DNA of 64,000 nt from Malacoraja senta (GCA_038087875.1 JAXLNO010000424.1:124001-188000), one strand, 5' to 3'; shown: positions 13,992 to 25,790, counted from the first letter of the stretch. Numbers and translations are program-made. Notes: a model not told the origin generated them from the letters alone.

Positions 13992-14518
13992 CATAGAAAC
14001 ATAGAAAATAGGTGCAGGAGTAGGCCATTCGGCCCTTCGAGCCTGCACCGCCATTCAATATGATCATGGCTGATCATCCAACTCAGTATCCTGTACCTGC
14101 TTTCTCCCCATACACCCTGATCCCTTTAGCCACAAGGGCCACATCTAACTCCCTCTTAAATATAGCCAATGAACTGGCCTCAACTACATTCTGTGGCAGA
14201 GAATTCCAGAGATTCACCACTCTCTTTGTAAAAAATGTTTTTCTCATCTTAGTCCTAAAAGATTTCCCTTTATCCTTAAACTGTGACCCCTTGTTCTGGA
14301 CTCCCCCAACATCGGGAACAATCTTCCTGCATTAGCCTGTCCAACCCCTTAAGAATTTTGTAAGTTTCTATAATATCCCCCCTGTCTTCTAAATTCCAGC
14401 GAGTACAAGCCGAGTCTATCCAGTCTTTCCTCATATGAAAGTCCTGACATCCCAGGAATCAGTCTGGTGAACCTTCTCTGTACTCCCTCTAGGGCAAGAA
14501 TGTCCTTCCTCAGATTAG
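13992..14518 (-). mobile_element. CR1 3' fragment; paralogue at about 55888-56400
   Basis: NLRKDILALEGVQRRFTRLIPG; 3' UTR and tail. Confidence 0.9.
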
Positions 14519-15758
14519 ATATGTGTCTGGACTGCCTGTCCCACCTAAGGACAAGGTAGTGGCTTTCATCCAAGTCTTACAAGCTTGTTTTAGTTCACAG
14601 ACGGATGCCCATTCTGGAACCAAGATGGAAGTCATTTGAAAACAAAATGGAGTTAGTTGTCCTTCCGGAATGGGCAGCTGTACTGAAGCTGTGGAAAGAT
14701 TTGAGAATAAGGCTGACATTGCAAATATATGGGCCCAGCCTTCCTTGTTTCCCTTTGGCTACAGACCTTTCACTCAGATTTAGGTGTTTATTGATAAGAA
14801 AATGTATAATTACACAAACTTTCCTTTGTTCTTTGAGTGGAGCCCGAGAAGCACTGAGCAACGTGTGTGCTCTTTGTAGATCTCGCCACTCCCCTCTGGC
14901 AAATTGATTAAAAGATTGCTTTGGTTTACCTTTAACAATCTTGTTGCTGTCTGCTTTCTTTAAGAGACGAACTTTGACAACTGTGCTCTTTGGAATTCTT
15001 CAGAATTAAGGTTGCACCATCAATAATGAAAGAAAATGCCAACCATCTCCAGAAATGATAAGAAATTATTCTCGCCTCTATGCATATTTGTCGCCGTAGG
15101 GCAGTCGGACACCTCCCCACTACTTCAAAGATAGTTCCTGCACTTGGCAATATCGTTTGGTGTTTGGCGGCAGCAGGACGACAGGCAGCCCGGCACCCGG
15201 GTGAATCACCCCATTGTGGGGGTCGTGGGGTTAATCACTCCATGTGGGTGTCCGGGGGCGGGGGTGAATCACCACGGTGTGTGGGTCGGATGGGGGGGGG
15301 GGTGAATCACCCTGGTAGTGGGGTCGTGGTGCCGGTGCAACTCGGTCAGTGACTCTGGGTGGGTGGAGGGAACAGACTGTCCCCAACTCTGCTGCAGGTG
15401 ACGGGGATGTTGCCAGGTTTATGGCCCCGTGTGTCCGCTGCCCGGTGCCGCAGCCCCGCTCCACCCGTCCCCGTGTGTGTGTGTGTGTGTGCTGCCGGCC
15501 GACAGCCCATGACAGTGCGGTGGGAGCCAGGCTAGCTTGGGGAGGTAAGGTGGATGGGAGGTAGCCAGCTTGGGGGCGTAAGGGGAATGGGAGGTAGCCA
15601 GCTTGGGAGTGTAAGGGGAATGGATGGGAGGTAGCCATCTTGGGTGAGTAAGGGGAATGTGATGTAGCCAGCTTGGGGGAGTAAGGGGAATGGGAGGTTG
15701 CCAGCTTGGGGGAGTAAGGCACAGGCGGAACTGATAGCCCCGCAACACCATTGCTGCC

Positions 15759-16222
15759 AAAGGACAAAGGACATTTATTTGTCACGTACACCAATTGGTG
15801 TAGTGAAATTTGTCTTGCCATTCAGCACACAGATAAAGTTAAGACACAACATTAAAGAATTTAACAATAAACATAAAAAAACATCCCCCCCACAATGGTT
15901 CCCATTATGAGGGAAGGCACAATGTCCAGTCCCCATATCATGTCGACCCGTAGTCGGGCCTATTGAGGCCTCCGCAGTCGCCGCTACGGGGCCCGAAGTT
16001 TCAGGTCCTTCTTCGCCGGGTGATGGTGCTCCGGCGTCGGGAGAATCCTCTCAGCGGCTTGGGACACCTGGAACGGCCGCTTCCTTACTGTAGACCGTGG
16101 CTTCCGAAGCCGACAGGCCGCGCTGGATGGAGCTCCACTGATGGCGATCTCGGCGAGAGATCCCAGGCTCCCGTTGTTAAAGTTCAGCGCCGCCGCCCGC
16201 AGACCCGCAGCTCCGCGATGTT
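15759..16222 (-). mobile_element. Short non-autonomous retroelement with a GC-rich head and Rex/Babar-type tail
   Basis: Tail AATTTCACTACACCAATTGGTGTACGTGACAAATAAA(TGTCCTT)n. Confidence 0.5.
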
Positions 16223-16235
16223 TCACCTGCGGGGG

Positions 16236-16835
16236 TACACAAAAATGCTGGAGAAAATCAGTGGGTGCAGCAGCATCTATGGAGCGAAGGAAATAGGTAA
16301 CGTTTCGGGCCGAAACCCTTCTTCAGACTGATAGGGGGTGGGGAGAAGAAAGGAAAAAAGGAAAAAGGCGGAGGAGGAGCCCGAGGGCTGGGGGAGGGGA
16401 GGAGACAACCAGAGGGCTGATGAAGGGGAGGGGACAGCAAGGGCTAGCAGAATTGGGAGAATTCAATTTTCAAGCCCCCAGGATGTAGACTGCCCAAGCG
16501 GAATATGAGTTGCATTTCCTCCAATTTACGGTGTTGCTCGCTGTGGCCATGGAGGAGATCCAGGACAGAGAGGTCAGATACGGAATGGAAGGGGGAGTTG
16601 AAGTGCTGAGCCACCGGGAGGTCAGGTTGGTTATTGCGGACCGACCGGTGGCGTTCGGCGAAACGATCGCCAAGCCTCCGCTTGGTCTCACCGATGTAGA
16701 TCAGCTGGCATCTAGAGCAGCGAATGCAATAGATGAGGTTGGAGGAGATGCAGGTGAACCTCTGTCGCACCTGGAACGACTGCTTGGGTCCCTGAATGGA
16801 GTCGAGGGGGGAGGTGAAGGGACAAGTGTTTCATC
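16236..16835 (-). mobile_element. Penelope-like element 3' end: GIY-YIG endonuclease plus terminal repeat
   Basis: FTCISSNLIYCIRCSRCQLIYIGETKRRLGDRF..HFN..RKLEE..LIFRLGSLHPGGL.IEF (16444-16770). Confidence 0.92.
16296..16328 (-). ncRNA. Minimal hammerhead-ribozyme-like motif in the Penelope terminus
   Basis: GU-CUGAAGA-A-GGG(UUUCGG)CCC-GAAA-CGUU-AC with palindromic stem III AACGUU. Confidence 0.65.
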
Positions 16836-17877
16836 CAGCGCTATCGCCGCCGCCGAAACCGAGGGTCTGGGCGGCACCCGAGACGATCCCCTCTCTCTCT
16901 GCCCTCCTCTATCCACCCTCTCCTCTCACCCCCTCTCCTCTCTCCCCTTCTCCTCTCTCCCCCCTCTCCTCTCTCCCCCCTCTCCTCTATCCCCCCCTCT
17001 CCTCTTTCCCCCCCTTCCCCCCTTTCCTCTCTCCTCCCTTCTCTCCTCTCTACCCCCCCCTCTCTCTCCCCTCTCCCTTTCCTCCTTTTAATAAATTACT
17101 AGATTTTAATATTATTAAACAAACTCGAGCCTGGTGTTGATGTTCTGTGGTGTGTGCGGACCCCAGGTATGTGGGGGCTAGAGGGGGTGGGGCAGTGGGT
17201 GGGGGGAGGGGGAGGGGCCGTGGATGTGGGAAGGAGGGGGGAGGGGTGGGGAGGGGCAGTGGGTGGGGGCTAGAGGGGAGGGGCAGTGGGTGGGGGGGAT
17301 GGGGATGGGCAGTGGGGAGGGGCAGTGGGGGGGGGCAGTAGGGGGGGGCAGTGGGGGGGAGGGCAGGAGAGTGGAGGGGGGGAGGGGGGGAACTGCAGGT
17401 ACCTGACAACACCACACCCATGTGACCAGGTGCAGCTCCTTAAAGCCCACGTTAGGGAACGAGGAGCAGCTGGTTGATCTCAGGACCATCCTGGAGACAG
17501 AACATCTTGGACAGGACGTGGAGAGAGGTCGTCACGTGGGGTGCCCAGCACGAGACAAGGTGGTTCCTCGAGGTAGGGAATGAGACGGTGCTGTGCGACT
17601 CAAGAATTGAGGGTGATGAGGGGAAGTATATGGGACAGAATAGGCAGCGAGGAAAGCAGAACTGCAGGTGCTGCTTAAACCGGAGACAGACACAAAAAGC
17701 TGGAGTAACTCCGTGGGTGTGGCAGCATTTCTGGAGTAAAGCTGGAGTAACTCAGTGGGTCAGGCAGCATTTCTGGAGTAAAAGCTGGAGTAACTCAGTG
17801 GGTCAGGCAGCATTTCTGGAGTAAACGACCAGGTGATATTTTGGGCAGAGACCCTTCTGAGGAAGGAACATTGTTTT

Positions 17878-18065
17878 AACTTGGACGTACTTTAATGACG
17901 GCTAAAGCAGATGAGCTTGGAGCATGGATAGGTACATTGTACCTGGTTCAGGGCGGGGCAGGTCTGGCAGCTCAATGTTCCGGGGTACAGGAGCTTCAGG
18001 AGAGACAGGGGTAATGGTAAAGGAGTGGGGGGTTGCATTGTTGGTTAAGGAGGAAGTCCCGGCTG
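17878..18065 (+). mobile_element. CR1 endonuclease (APE) fragment
   Basis: KADELGAWIGT..WQLNVPGYRSFRRDR....GGVALLVKE. Confidence 0.7.
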
Positions 18066-18114
18066 TGTTCAGTGTAGCAATGTTACCAAATTTTGAGATT
18101 AAAAAAATCAAGTC

Positions 18115-18892
18115 ATAGCGCACTCATTTGTCTTCTGTACAAAAATTCAAAAATTTTGGAATGAAATTTTTGAAATCTTTACAAAGTTATTTAAAACAAG
18201 ACTGATACCCAAAGCAGAATGGATTATCTTCGGAATAACGGAAGATGATCCAGAACTAAATGTGTTTCAAAAGAAATTAATGGATTATGGGTTAATAACT
18301 GGAAAAAAGCTAATTCTAAAATTTTGGAAGAAGGCTCCAATACCAACTATAAATATGTGGATTTCAAATATGTTTGAAACACTACACCTTGAAGAGATAA
18401 GACTCCTCCTAGCAGGTAAACCAGATCACTTCCACCTGACGTGGTCTGCATTTATAGAATTATTACAAACATAGGGTGCAAAAGTACTTTAAAAAAATAA
18501 AAAATTGAGGTCGGGTAAGGGGGGATGATAGTTGAAGAGTTGGTATGTCCTATTTACGTGATGCTCAAAAAAAACCATTTGTTTTTCTTTTTTTCTCTCT
18601 CTCTTTTCTTTTCTTAGGGCCTATTTCTTAACTCTTTTTCTTTTTGTTTTTAATTTCGTTCTCATAGGGTCTTCGTCCTTTTTTGTTGTTACATTTTCTA
18701 CACTTTTCTACACTTGCACTTTTTCCTTCACTTTCTTCTCTCTTTCAATCTTTTCTTTCTTTAGTGTAAAAAAATAAATAAAGGGAGTACATTAATTGTA
18801 AGAAGATATAAATGACGAGTATTAATGTATGTGGCTGTGATGTAATGTACTTCTAATAAATAAAAATTAAAAAAAAAAAAAAAAAAAAAAAA
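18115..18892 (+). mobile_element. 5'-truncated L1-clade LINE with poly(A) and a 14-bp TSD
   Basis: HSFVFCTKIQKFWNEIF..KKLILKFWK..P.INMW; AATAAA plus poly(A); AAAAAAATCAAGTC at 18101-18114 repeated at about 18886-18899. Confidence 0.88.
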
Positions 18893-18967
18893 TCAAGTCT
18901 GCAATTTATCCCATCAGATAAAGCATAAAAAGAAGTTTAATTTGACACCTAATTCACTAACATACGT

Positions 18968-19135
18968 ACACAAAGCGAAACCAATGTGTTTAACCACGTC
19001 TGCAGACCGCTAAAAGCCATGCCTCCCCAGGCCAGGCGGCACCGTTAAATGCCGCCAACTGTCGAGGTTTAGCGCTACTGCAGCTCAATGTTGAAGGCCT
19101 TACCACCGCCAACCTCAACGTCATCGAACAGATGA
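18968..19135 (+). mobile_element. Vingi/Ingi-like LINE 5' fragment (start of APE)
   Basis: LLQLNVEGLTTANLNVIEQ; inverted paralogue at 40418-40578. Confidence 0.55.
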
Positions 19136-19214
19136 TCAGCCACAATCACGTAGAATGGCGGTGCTGGCTCGAAGGGCCGAATGGCCTCCTGCACCTGTTG
19201 TCTATGTTTCTATG

Positions 19215-19490
19215 GCCCTCACCCACCCAAAACCACCCGAAACCACCCACACCCACCCAAACCCACCACACCCACCTGAAACCACCCTCACCCACCTGAA
19301 ACCAACCAAAACCACCCTCACCCACCCACCCCCACCCGAAACCACCTTTACCCACCCGCCCCCACCCTCACCCAATCGAAACCACCCAAAACCACCCTCA
19401 CCCACCCACCCCCACCCGAAACCACCCTCACCCACCCTCACCCACCGGAAACCACCCTCACCCAATCGAAACCACCCAAAACCACCTTTA
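19215..19490. repeat. CACCC/GAAACCACCCTCA low-complexity repeat; inverted copies at 40035-40330 and 41503-41640
   Basis: Direct reading. Confidence 0.85.
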
Positions 19491-19639
19491 CAGCCTCTCT
19501 CTCTCTCTTCTTCTTCTTCTGTCGTGTGACGTGCACAGCCTAAAGTTGTTGGACAACCTGTTCTATTTGATCTCTCTCCATCTCTCTCCCCCTGTCTCTC
19601 TCCATCTCCATCTCTCTTTCTCCATCTTTCTGTCACCAG

Positions 19640-19930
19640 GGTCCGGGGTCTCGGCGCCGGTTTCATCTTCATCTTGTTCCCGCCCAAATCTCCAACCGCC
19701 AACCGCCGACATCACCTGTCCTCACCAAGATGGCCGCCGCCAACACCCTCACCAAGATGGCCGCCGTCTGCCGACCTCACCTGCCCTCACCAAGATGCCC
19801 GCCGGCTGCCGACCTCACCTGCCCTCACCAAGACGCCCGCCGGCTGCCGACCTCCCTGCCCTCACCAAGATGGCCGCCGGCCTCACCCGCCCTCACCAAG
19901 ATGGCCGCCGGCTGCCGACCTCACCTGGGA
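19640..19930 (+). promoter_or_regulatory. CpG-rich array of ~35-bp units carrying the YY1-type motif CAAGATGGCCGCC
   Basis: About 6 units CCCTCACCAAGATGGCCGCCGGCTGCCGACCTCACCTG. Confidence 0.5.
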
Positions 19931-20476
19931 AAGAGGGGAATGTGGGACAATTTTCCTTCCTCAGAAGGGTCTCTGCCCAAAATATCACCTGGTGGTTCAC
20001 TCCAGAAATGCTGCCTGACCCACTGAGTTACTCCAGCGTTCACTCCAGAAATGCTGCCTGACCCACGGAGTTACTCCAGCTTTCTGTATCTGTCTCCAGT
20101 TTAAGCAGCACCTGCAGTTCTGCCTTCCTCGCTGCGTATTCTGTGCCCTATACCTCCCCTCATCACCCTCCATTCTTGAGTCTCACAGCACCGTCTCATT
20201 CCCTACCTCGACGAACCACCTTCTCTCGTGCTGGGCATCCACGTGACGACCTCTCTCCACGTCCTGTCCAAGATGTTCTGTCTCCAGGATGGTCCCGAGG
20301 TCAACCAGCTGCTCCTCGTTCCCTAACGTGGGCTTCAAGGAGCTGCACCCGGTCACACGGGTGTGGTCTTTCCCCCCCCCCACCCACTGCCCCTCCCCAC
20401 CTCTCCCCCTCTAGCCCCAACAGACCTGTGGTGGGGTCCGCACACAACACAGATCAACACCAGGCTCGAGATTGTT

Positions 20477-22090
20477 GGGGAGAGAGGGGGGGAGGGAGAG
20501 GGAGGGGAGAGAGAGAGGGGGAGGGGAGAGAGAGATAGAAGGGGGGGAGAGAAGGGGCAGGGAGAGAAGGGGGAGGGAGAGAAGGGGGGAGGGTGAGAAG
20601 GGGGGGGAGAGAGAAAGGGGGAGAGAGAGAAGGGGGGAGAGAGAAGGGGGGGAGAGAGAAGGGGGAGGGAGAGAGAAAGGGGGGAGAGAGAAGGGGGGGA
20701 GAGAGAAGGGGGGGCGAGAAGGGGGGGAGAGAGAAGGGGGGAGAGAGAAGGGGGGGAGAGGGAAGGGGGGAGAGGCATGGGGGGAATAGGTTGGGTGGAG
20801 TAGGATGGGGGGGAGAAGGTTGGGGGGAGAAAGATGGGGGGAGAGGAAAGGGGGGAGAGGGAAGGGGGGGAGAGGGAAGGGGGGGAGAGGGAAGGGGTGG
20901 TGAGGGAAGGGGGAGAGGGAAGTGGGGCAGAGGGAAGGGGGAGAGGGAAGGGGGGAGAGGGAAGGGGGGAGAGGGAAGGAGGAGAGAGGGAAGGGGGGGA
21001 GAGAGGGAAGTGGGGGAGAGAGGGAAGGGGGGAGAGAGGGAAAGGGGGTAGAGAGGGAAAGGGGGAGAGAGGGAAGGGGGAGAGAGGGAAGGGGGGAGGG
21101 AAGGGGGGTGGGAAGGGGGGAGGGGGAGAGGGAAGGGGGGGAGAGGGAAGGGGGTAGAGGGAAGGGGGAGGGAAGGGGGGGAGGGTAAGGGGGGAGAGGG
21201 AAGGGGGGGAGAGGGATGGGTAGAGGGATGGGGGTAGAGGGAAGGGGGAGTGAGAAGGGGGGGAGTGGGAAGGGAGGGGAGAGGGAAGGGAGGGGAGAGG
21301 GAAGGGAGGGGAGAGGGAAGGGGAGGGGAGAGGGAAGGGGGGAGAGGGAAGGGGGGAGAGGGAAGGGGGGGAGAGGGAAGGGGGGAGAGGGAAGGGGGGG
21401 AGAGGGAAGGGGGGAGAGGGAAGGGGGGAGAGGGAAGGGGGAGAGGGGAGGTTGGGAGAGGGAAGGGGGTGAGAGGGAAGGGGGGAGAGGGAAGGGGGGA
21501 GAGGGAAGGGGGAAGAGAGGGAAGCGGGGGAGAGGGAAGGGGGAGAGGGAAGGGGGAGAGGAGAGGGAAGGCGGATGGGAGAGGGACGGGGAGGGGAGAG
21601 GGAAGGGGGGGGGAGAGGGAAGGGGGAGGGGAGAGGGAAGGGGGAGGGGAGAGGGAAGGGGTGGGGAGAGGGAAGGTGGAGGGGAGAGGGAAGGGGGAGG
21701 AGAGGGAAGAGGGGGGGAGGGGAGAGGGAAGAGGAGGGAGAGGGGAGAGGGAAGAGGGGGGAGAGGGAAGAGGGGGGAGAGGGGGAGAGGGAAGAGGTGG
21801 GGCGAGGGAAGAGGGGGGGAGGGAAGAGGGGAGGGGAGAGGGAAGGGGGAGAGGGAAGGGGGAGAGAGTGAATGAGGGGAGAGGAAAGGGGGGAGAGGGA
21901 AGGGGGGAGAGGGAAGGGGGGAGAGGTAAGGGGGCGAGAGGGGAGGTGGGGAGGGAAAGGGGTGAGAGGGAGGGTGGAGAGGGAAGGGGGGAGAGGGAAG
22001 GGGGAGAGGGAAGGGGGGAGAGGGAAGGGGGGGAGAGGGAAAGGGGGAGAGGGAAAGGGGGAGAGGGAAGGGGGGGAGAGGGAAGGGTGG
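20477..22090. repeat. 1.6-kb G-rich polypurine tract (GGGGGAGAGGGAA-like units)
   Basis: Direct reading. Confidence 0.95.
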
Positions 22091-22856
22091 AGAACACCAT
22101 TGAGGCCATTCCTCAGCCTCTGTTGTTCCCTGCTGTCCCGCGGGTCACGGGGAGTTTCTTCCTCCTCCGATTGATCCGAGTTCTTGTCCTCCAGGGACTG
22201 GTAACCTTTGACCTTGTGTCAGGGATCATAGGTCAATCCCTGTAAACCTCCACTGGACCCTCTCTCCAGAGCCTGCACATCCATCCTCAGATACGGGGCC
22301 CAAAACTTCTCACAATATTCCAAATGCTGCCTGACCAGCGCCTTGTAGAGTCTCAACGTTACATCCCACCTTGTAGAGTCGCAACGTTACATCCCACCTT
22401 GTAGAGTCTCAACGTTACATCCCACCTTGTAGTCACCATTACATCCCACCTTGTAGAGTCTCCAATACATCCCTGTTGTACACAAGCCCTCTGTAAATAA
22501 ATGCCAGCATTGAGTTTGCTTTTGTTACTACTGATTCGACGACAGATGAACATTTTGGGAATCCTGCACCAGTTACACCTCTGATTTCCCAATTCTGTCC
22601 CCATTTACAAAATAATCTGCGCCATTATACCTGCGACCAGCATGCACGACTCCACACTTTGCTGCACCATGTTCCACCTGCCACTTTTTGGGGCGGAGGG
22701 AGGAAGGGAGGGAGGGAGGGAGGGAGGGAGTGTGTGAGGGGACGCGGCGGGAGGGGGAGGGAGTGTGTGAGGGGGAGGGGGAGGAGGGGGGAGGAGGGGA
22801 GTCTCTGGACGTGTCCATGAGGCTGTAACTGGAACATCGATCAGATGGGCAAGTCT

Positions 22857-23164
22857 ACACAGACCTTCACCTCACTGTCGTACAGCACAGAAATCTGGCC
22901 CTTTGGTCACTGCAGCCATCACACTGGTCACTGATCTCTGGATCCAGACTGTTTCTGCAGAGGCGAGGGTTTGAATCCCACCACTGCCCACTGTGTGTGG
23001 GTAAACCACACCACTCTGGCCACTGCACCCACACACTGGGCAGTGGTGGGATTCAAACACTCGCCTCTGCGGAGACTGAGCCTGGATCCAGAGATCAGTG
23101 TGTGGCTGCAGTGACCAAAGGGCCAGATTTCTGTGCTGTACGACAGTGAGGTGAAGGTCTGTGT
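22857..23164. repeat. 308-bp foldback built partly from tRNA-Leu-like sequence
   Basis: Perfect 62-bp outer arms at 22857-22918 and 23103-23164; inner arms imperfect. Confidence 0.9.
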
Positions 23165-23570
23165 GTGGCCCCTGATTCTGGATTCCCCCAACATCGGGAA
23201 CATGTTTCCTGCCTCTAGCGTGTCCAAACACCTTAATAATCTTACATGTTTCAATAAGATGCCCTCTCATCCTTCTAAATTCCAGAGTGTACAAGCCCAG
23301 CCGCTCCATTCTCTCAGCATCCCGGGAATTAACCTTGTAAACCTACGCTGGGCTCCCTCAATAGCAAGAATGTCCTTCCTCAAATTAGGGGACCAAAACT
23401 GCACACAATACTCCAGGTGCGGTCTCACTAGGGCCCTGTACAACTGCAGAAGGACCTCTTTGCTCCTATACTCAACTCCTCTTGTTATAAAGGCCAACAT
23501 GCCATTGGCTTTCTTCACTGCCTGCTGTACCTGCATGCTTACTTTCATAGACTGATGTACAAGGACCCCC
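23165..23570 (-). mobile_element. CR1 RT fragment
   Basis: QQAVKKANGMLAFI..LVRPHLEYCVQFWSP. Confidence 0.9.
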
Positions 23571-24120
23571 CAGAAGCCGTTGTACATCCCCATTTCACAC
23601 AAGAGGTTAACAACTAGTTCACGTTAACTTTCCTCAACCAAGTACAATGTAGAACCACTTTAAATTCCTCGCTGTCTTCTTAATCATAACAATTAGTCAT
23701 CAACTGAAAACCAGTCTTCATAAAGTGCACCAATTAAAACACAATTGGACATCTATCCAGGAACAAATTCATTCTTGCCACTGCCTTCATGAAGTAAATG
23801 GAACCACACCCAGAAATCAGTCTGAGGCTCCCAACCCAAAATCTCACATATCCATGTTCTCCACAGATGCTGCTGACCCGCTGAGTTACTCCAGCACGTT
23901 GTGTCTTGTTTTGTAAACCAGCACCTGCAGTTCCTTGATTTTCGTCCCAAATCTTCCCTGGTTTCAGGGCTTTTACTAAATTTGGTATCTGTGCAATGGG
24001 TGCATTACGGCGAAAGACAAAGGGTCACAGAGCAACAAAGACCCATTTTGCAGTAAAGAGCACAATATCTAATTTGTAGACAGCGCTCCCAATGTGCAGT
24101 GAATTCATTAACAGGTCGCT

Positions 24121-24262
24121 CCAATTTGTGGTCAACACTCCCACCGTGTGGTGATCCACCGCACTGCAGGCCCGTCCAATTTGTGGTCAACACTCCCACC
24201 GTGTGGTGATCCACTGCACTGCAGGCCCATCCAATTTGTGGTCAACACTCCCACCGTGTGGA
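24121..24262. repeat. 55-bp tandem repeat, about 2.6 copies
   Basis: CCAATTTGTGGTCAACACTCCCACCGTGTGG starts at 24121, 24176 and 24231. Confidence 0.9.
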
Positions 24263-24307
24263 TTAAGAGAGAACTGCAGAAGCTGGAAAAATCGAAGGTG
24301 GACAAAA

Positions 24308-24372
24308 ATAACCATAACCATAACAGCACGGAAACAGGCCATCTCGGCCCTTCAGGTCCGTGCCGAACATTT

Positions 24373-24410
<38 letters not shown>

Positions 24411-25030
24411 AAATAAAATACTTCCCCCTAGTCCCATCTACCTGCACTCAGACCATAACCCTCCACTCCTTTCCCGTCCATATACCCATCCAATCTATTT
24501 TTAAAGAATAACATCGAACCTGCCTCCACCACTTCCACTGGAAGCTCATTCCACACAGCTACCACTCTCTGAGTAAAGAAGTTCCCCCTAATGTTCCCCC
24601 TAAACTTCTGTCCCTTAATTCTCATGTCATGTCCCCTTGTTTGAATCTTCCCTACTCTCAATGGGAAAAGCTTATCCACGTCCACTCTGTCTAACCCGCT
24701 CATAATATTAAAGACCTCTATCAAGTCCCCTCTTAACCTTCTGCGCTCCAAAGAATAAAGACCTAACTTGTTCAACCTTTCTCTGTAACTTAGTTGCTGA
24801 AACCCAGGCAACATTCTAGTAAATCTCCTCTGTACTCTCTCTATTTTGTTGACATCCTTCCTATAATTAGGCGACCAAAACTGTACTCCATACCCCAGAA
24901 TTGGCCTCACCAATGCCTTGTACAATTTTAACATTACATCCCAACTTCTATATTCAATGCTCTGATTAATAAAGGCCAGCACACCAAAAGCTTTCTTTAC
25001 CACCCTATCTACACGAGATTCCACCTTCAG
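24308..25030 (-). mobile_element. CR1 3' fragment (second subfamily) with a (GTTATG)n tail and an internal poly(T) run
   Basis: ORF 24428-25024 ALVRPILGYGVQFWSP..VWNELP. Confidence 0.9.
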
Positions 25031-25031
25031 G

Positions 25032-25228
25032 AGGGAGAAACCACTGAAATTGGAGAATGGGAAGATGAGGCCAGTGGTGGGCTCCCGTTGGAGGTGGCAA
25101 TAATGTTGGAGGATTATCTGTTGTATGTGACGGCTGGTAGGATGGAAGGTGAGGACATGGGGGCTGTGTCCTTGTTACGAGTAGGTGGATGGGGAGTAAG
25201 GGCAGAGCTGCGGGATATAGAGAAGACT
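25032..25228 (-). mobile_element. Penelope fragment (linker between RT and endonuclease)
   Basis: SISRSSALTPHPPTRNKD followed by frameshifted LTFHPTSRHIQQII. Confidence 0.6.
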
Positions 25229-25790
25229 ATGATAAGAGTGCTGGGGAAACTCAGCAGGTCAGGCATCATCTCTGGAGGAAACGGATGGGTGATATTTTGG
25301 GTAAGAACCCTTCTTCTGTTCCATCCGAAAATCACTTGTTTGTCCAGAGATGCTGCCTGACCCAATCAGTCACTCCAGCAATGTGTCTATCTTTGGTATA
25401 AACCAGCATCTACAGGTCTTGGTTTCTACATTTTACATCAGCCAGGTTCAATTTCAGTTGTGATAAGGTTAGGGTATCATCACTTTAGTAAAGATACATC
25501 CTTTTATTCTGACACTGTGCCCTCTGGTCCGAGACTCTCCCGCTAGTAGAAACATCCTTTTAGTTCGGAGATACAGCACAGAATCAGCACAATTCCAGTT
25601 GCACCAGAAAAAAATAATCATTAAAAACCCTGGACACTTCAAATTACAACAATTGAAAGGAAAAGTCAGCAGAATTAATCAAAGAAGCAAACACAATTCA
25701 GTAGAGAGCGATAGTGTGCTCACCGACCTCATGCCCTGGAGATGTAGATCCACATCAGACACAAGGGGAGACTCCCTGTCTCTACCCTGA

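Noticed and set aside
20454..22245. Pro-rich and Gly/Arg/Glu-rich ORFs
   Set aside because: Translation of the G-rich polypurine tract
22935..23095. Functional or permuted tRNA-Leu gene
   Set aside because: T-loop degenerate (GTTTGAATC), halves scrambled, no complete cloverleaf
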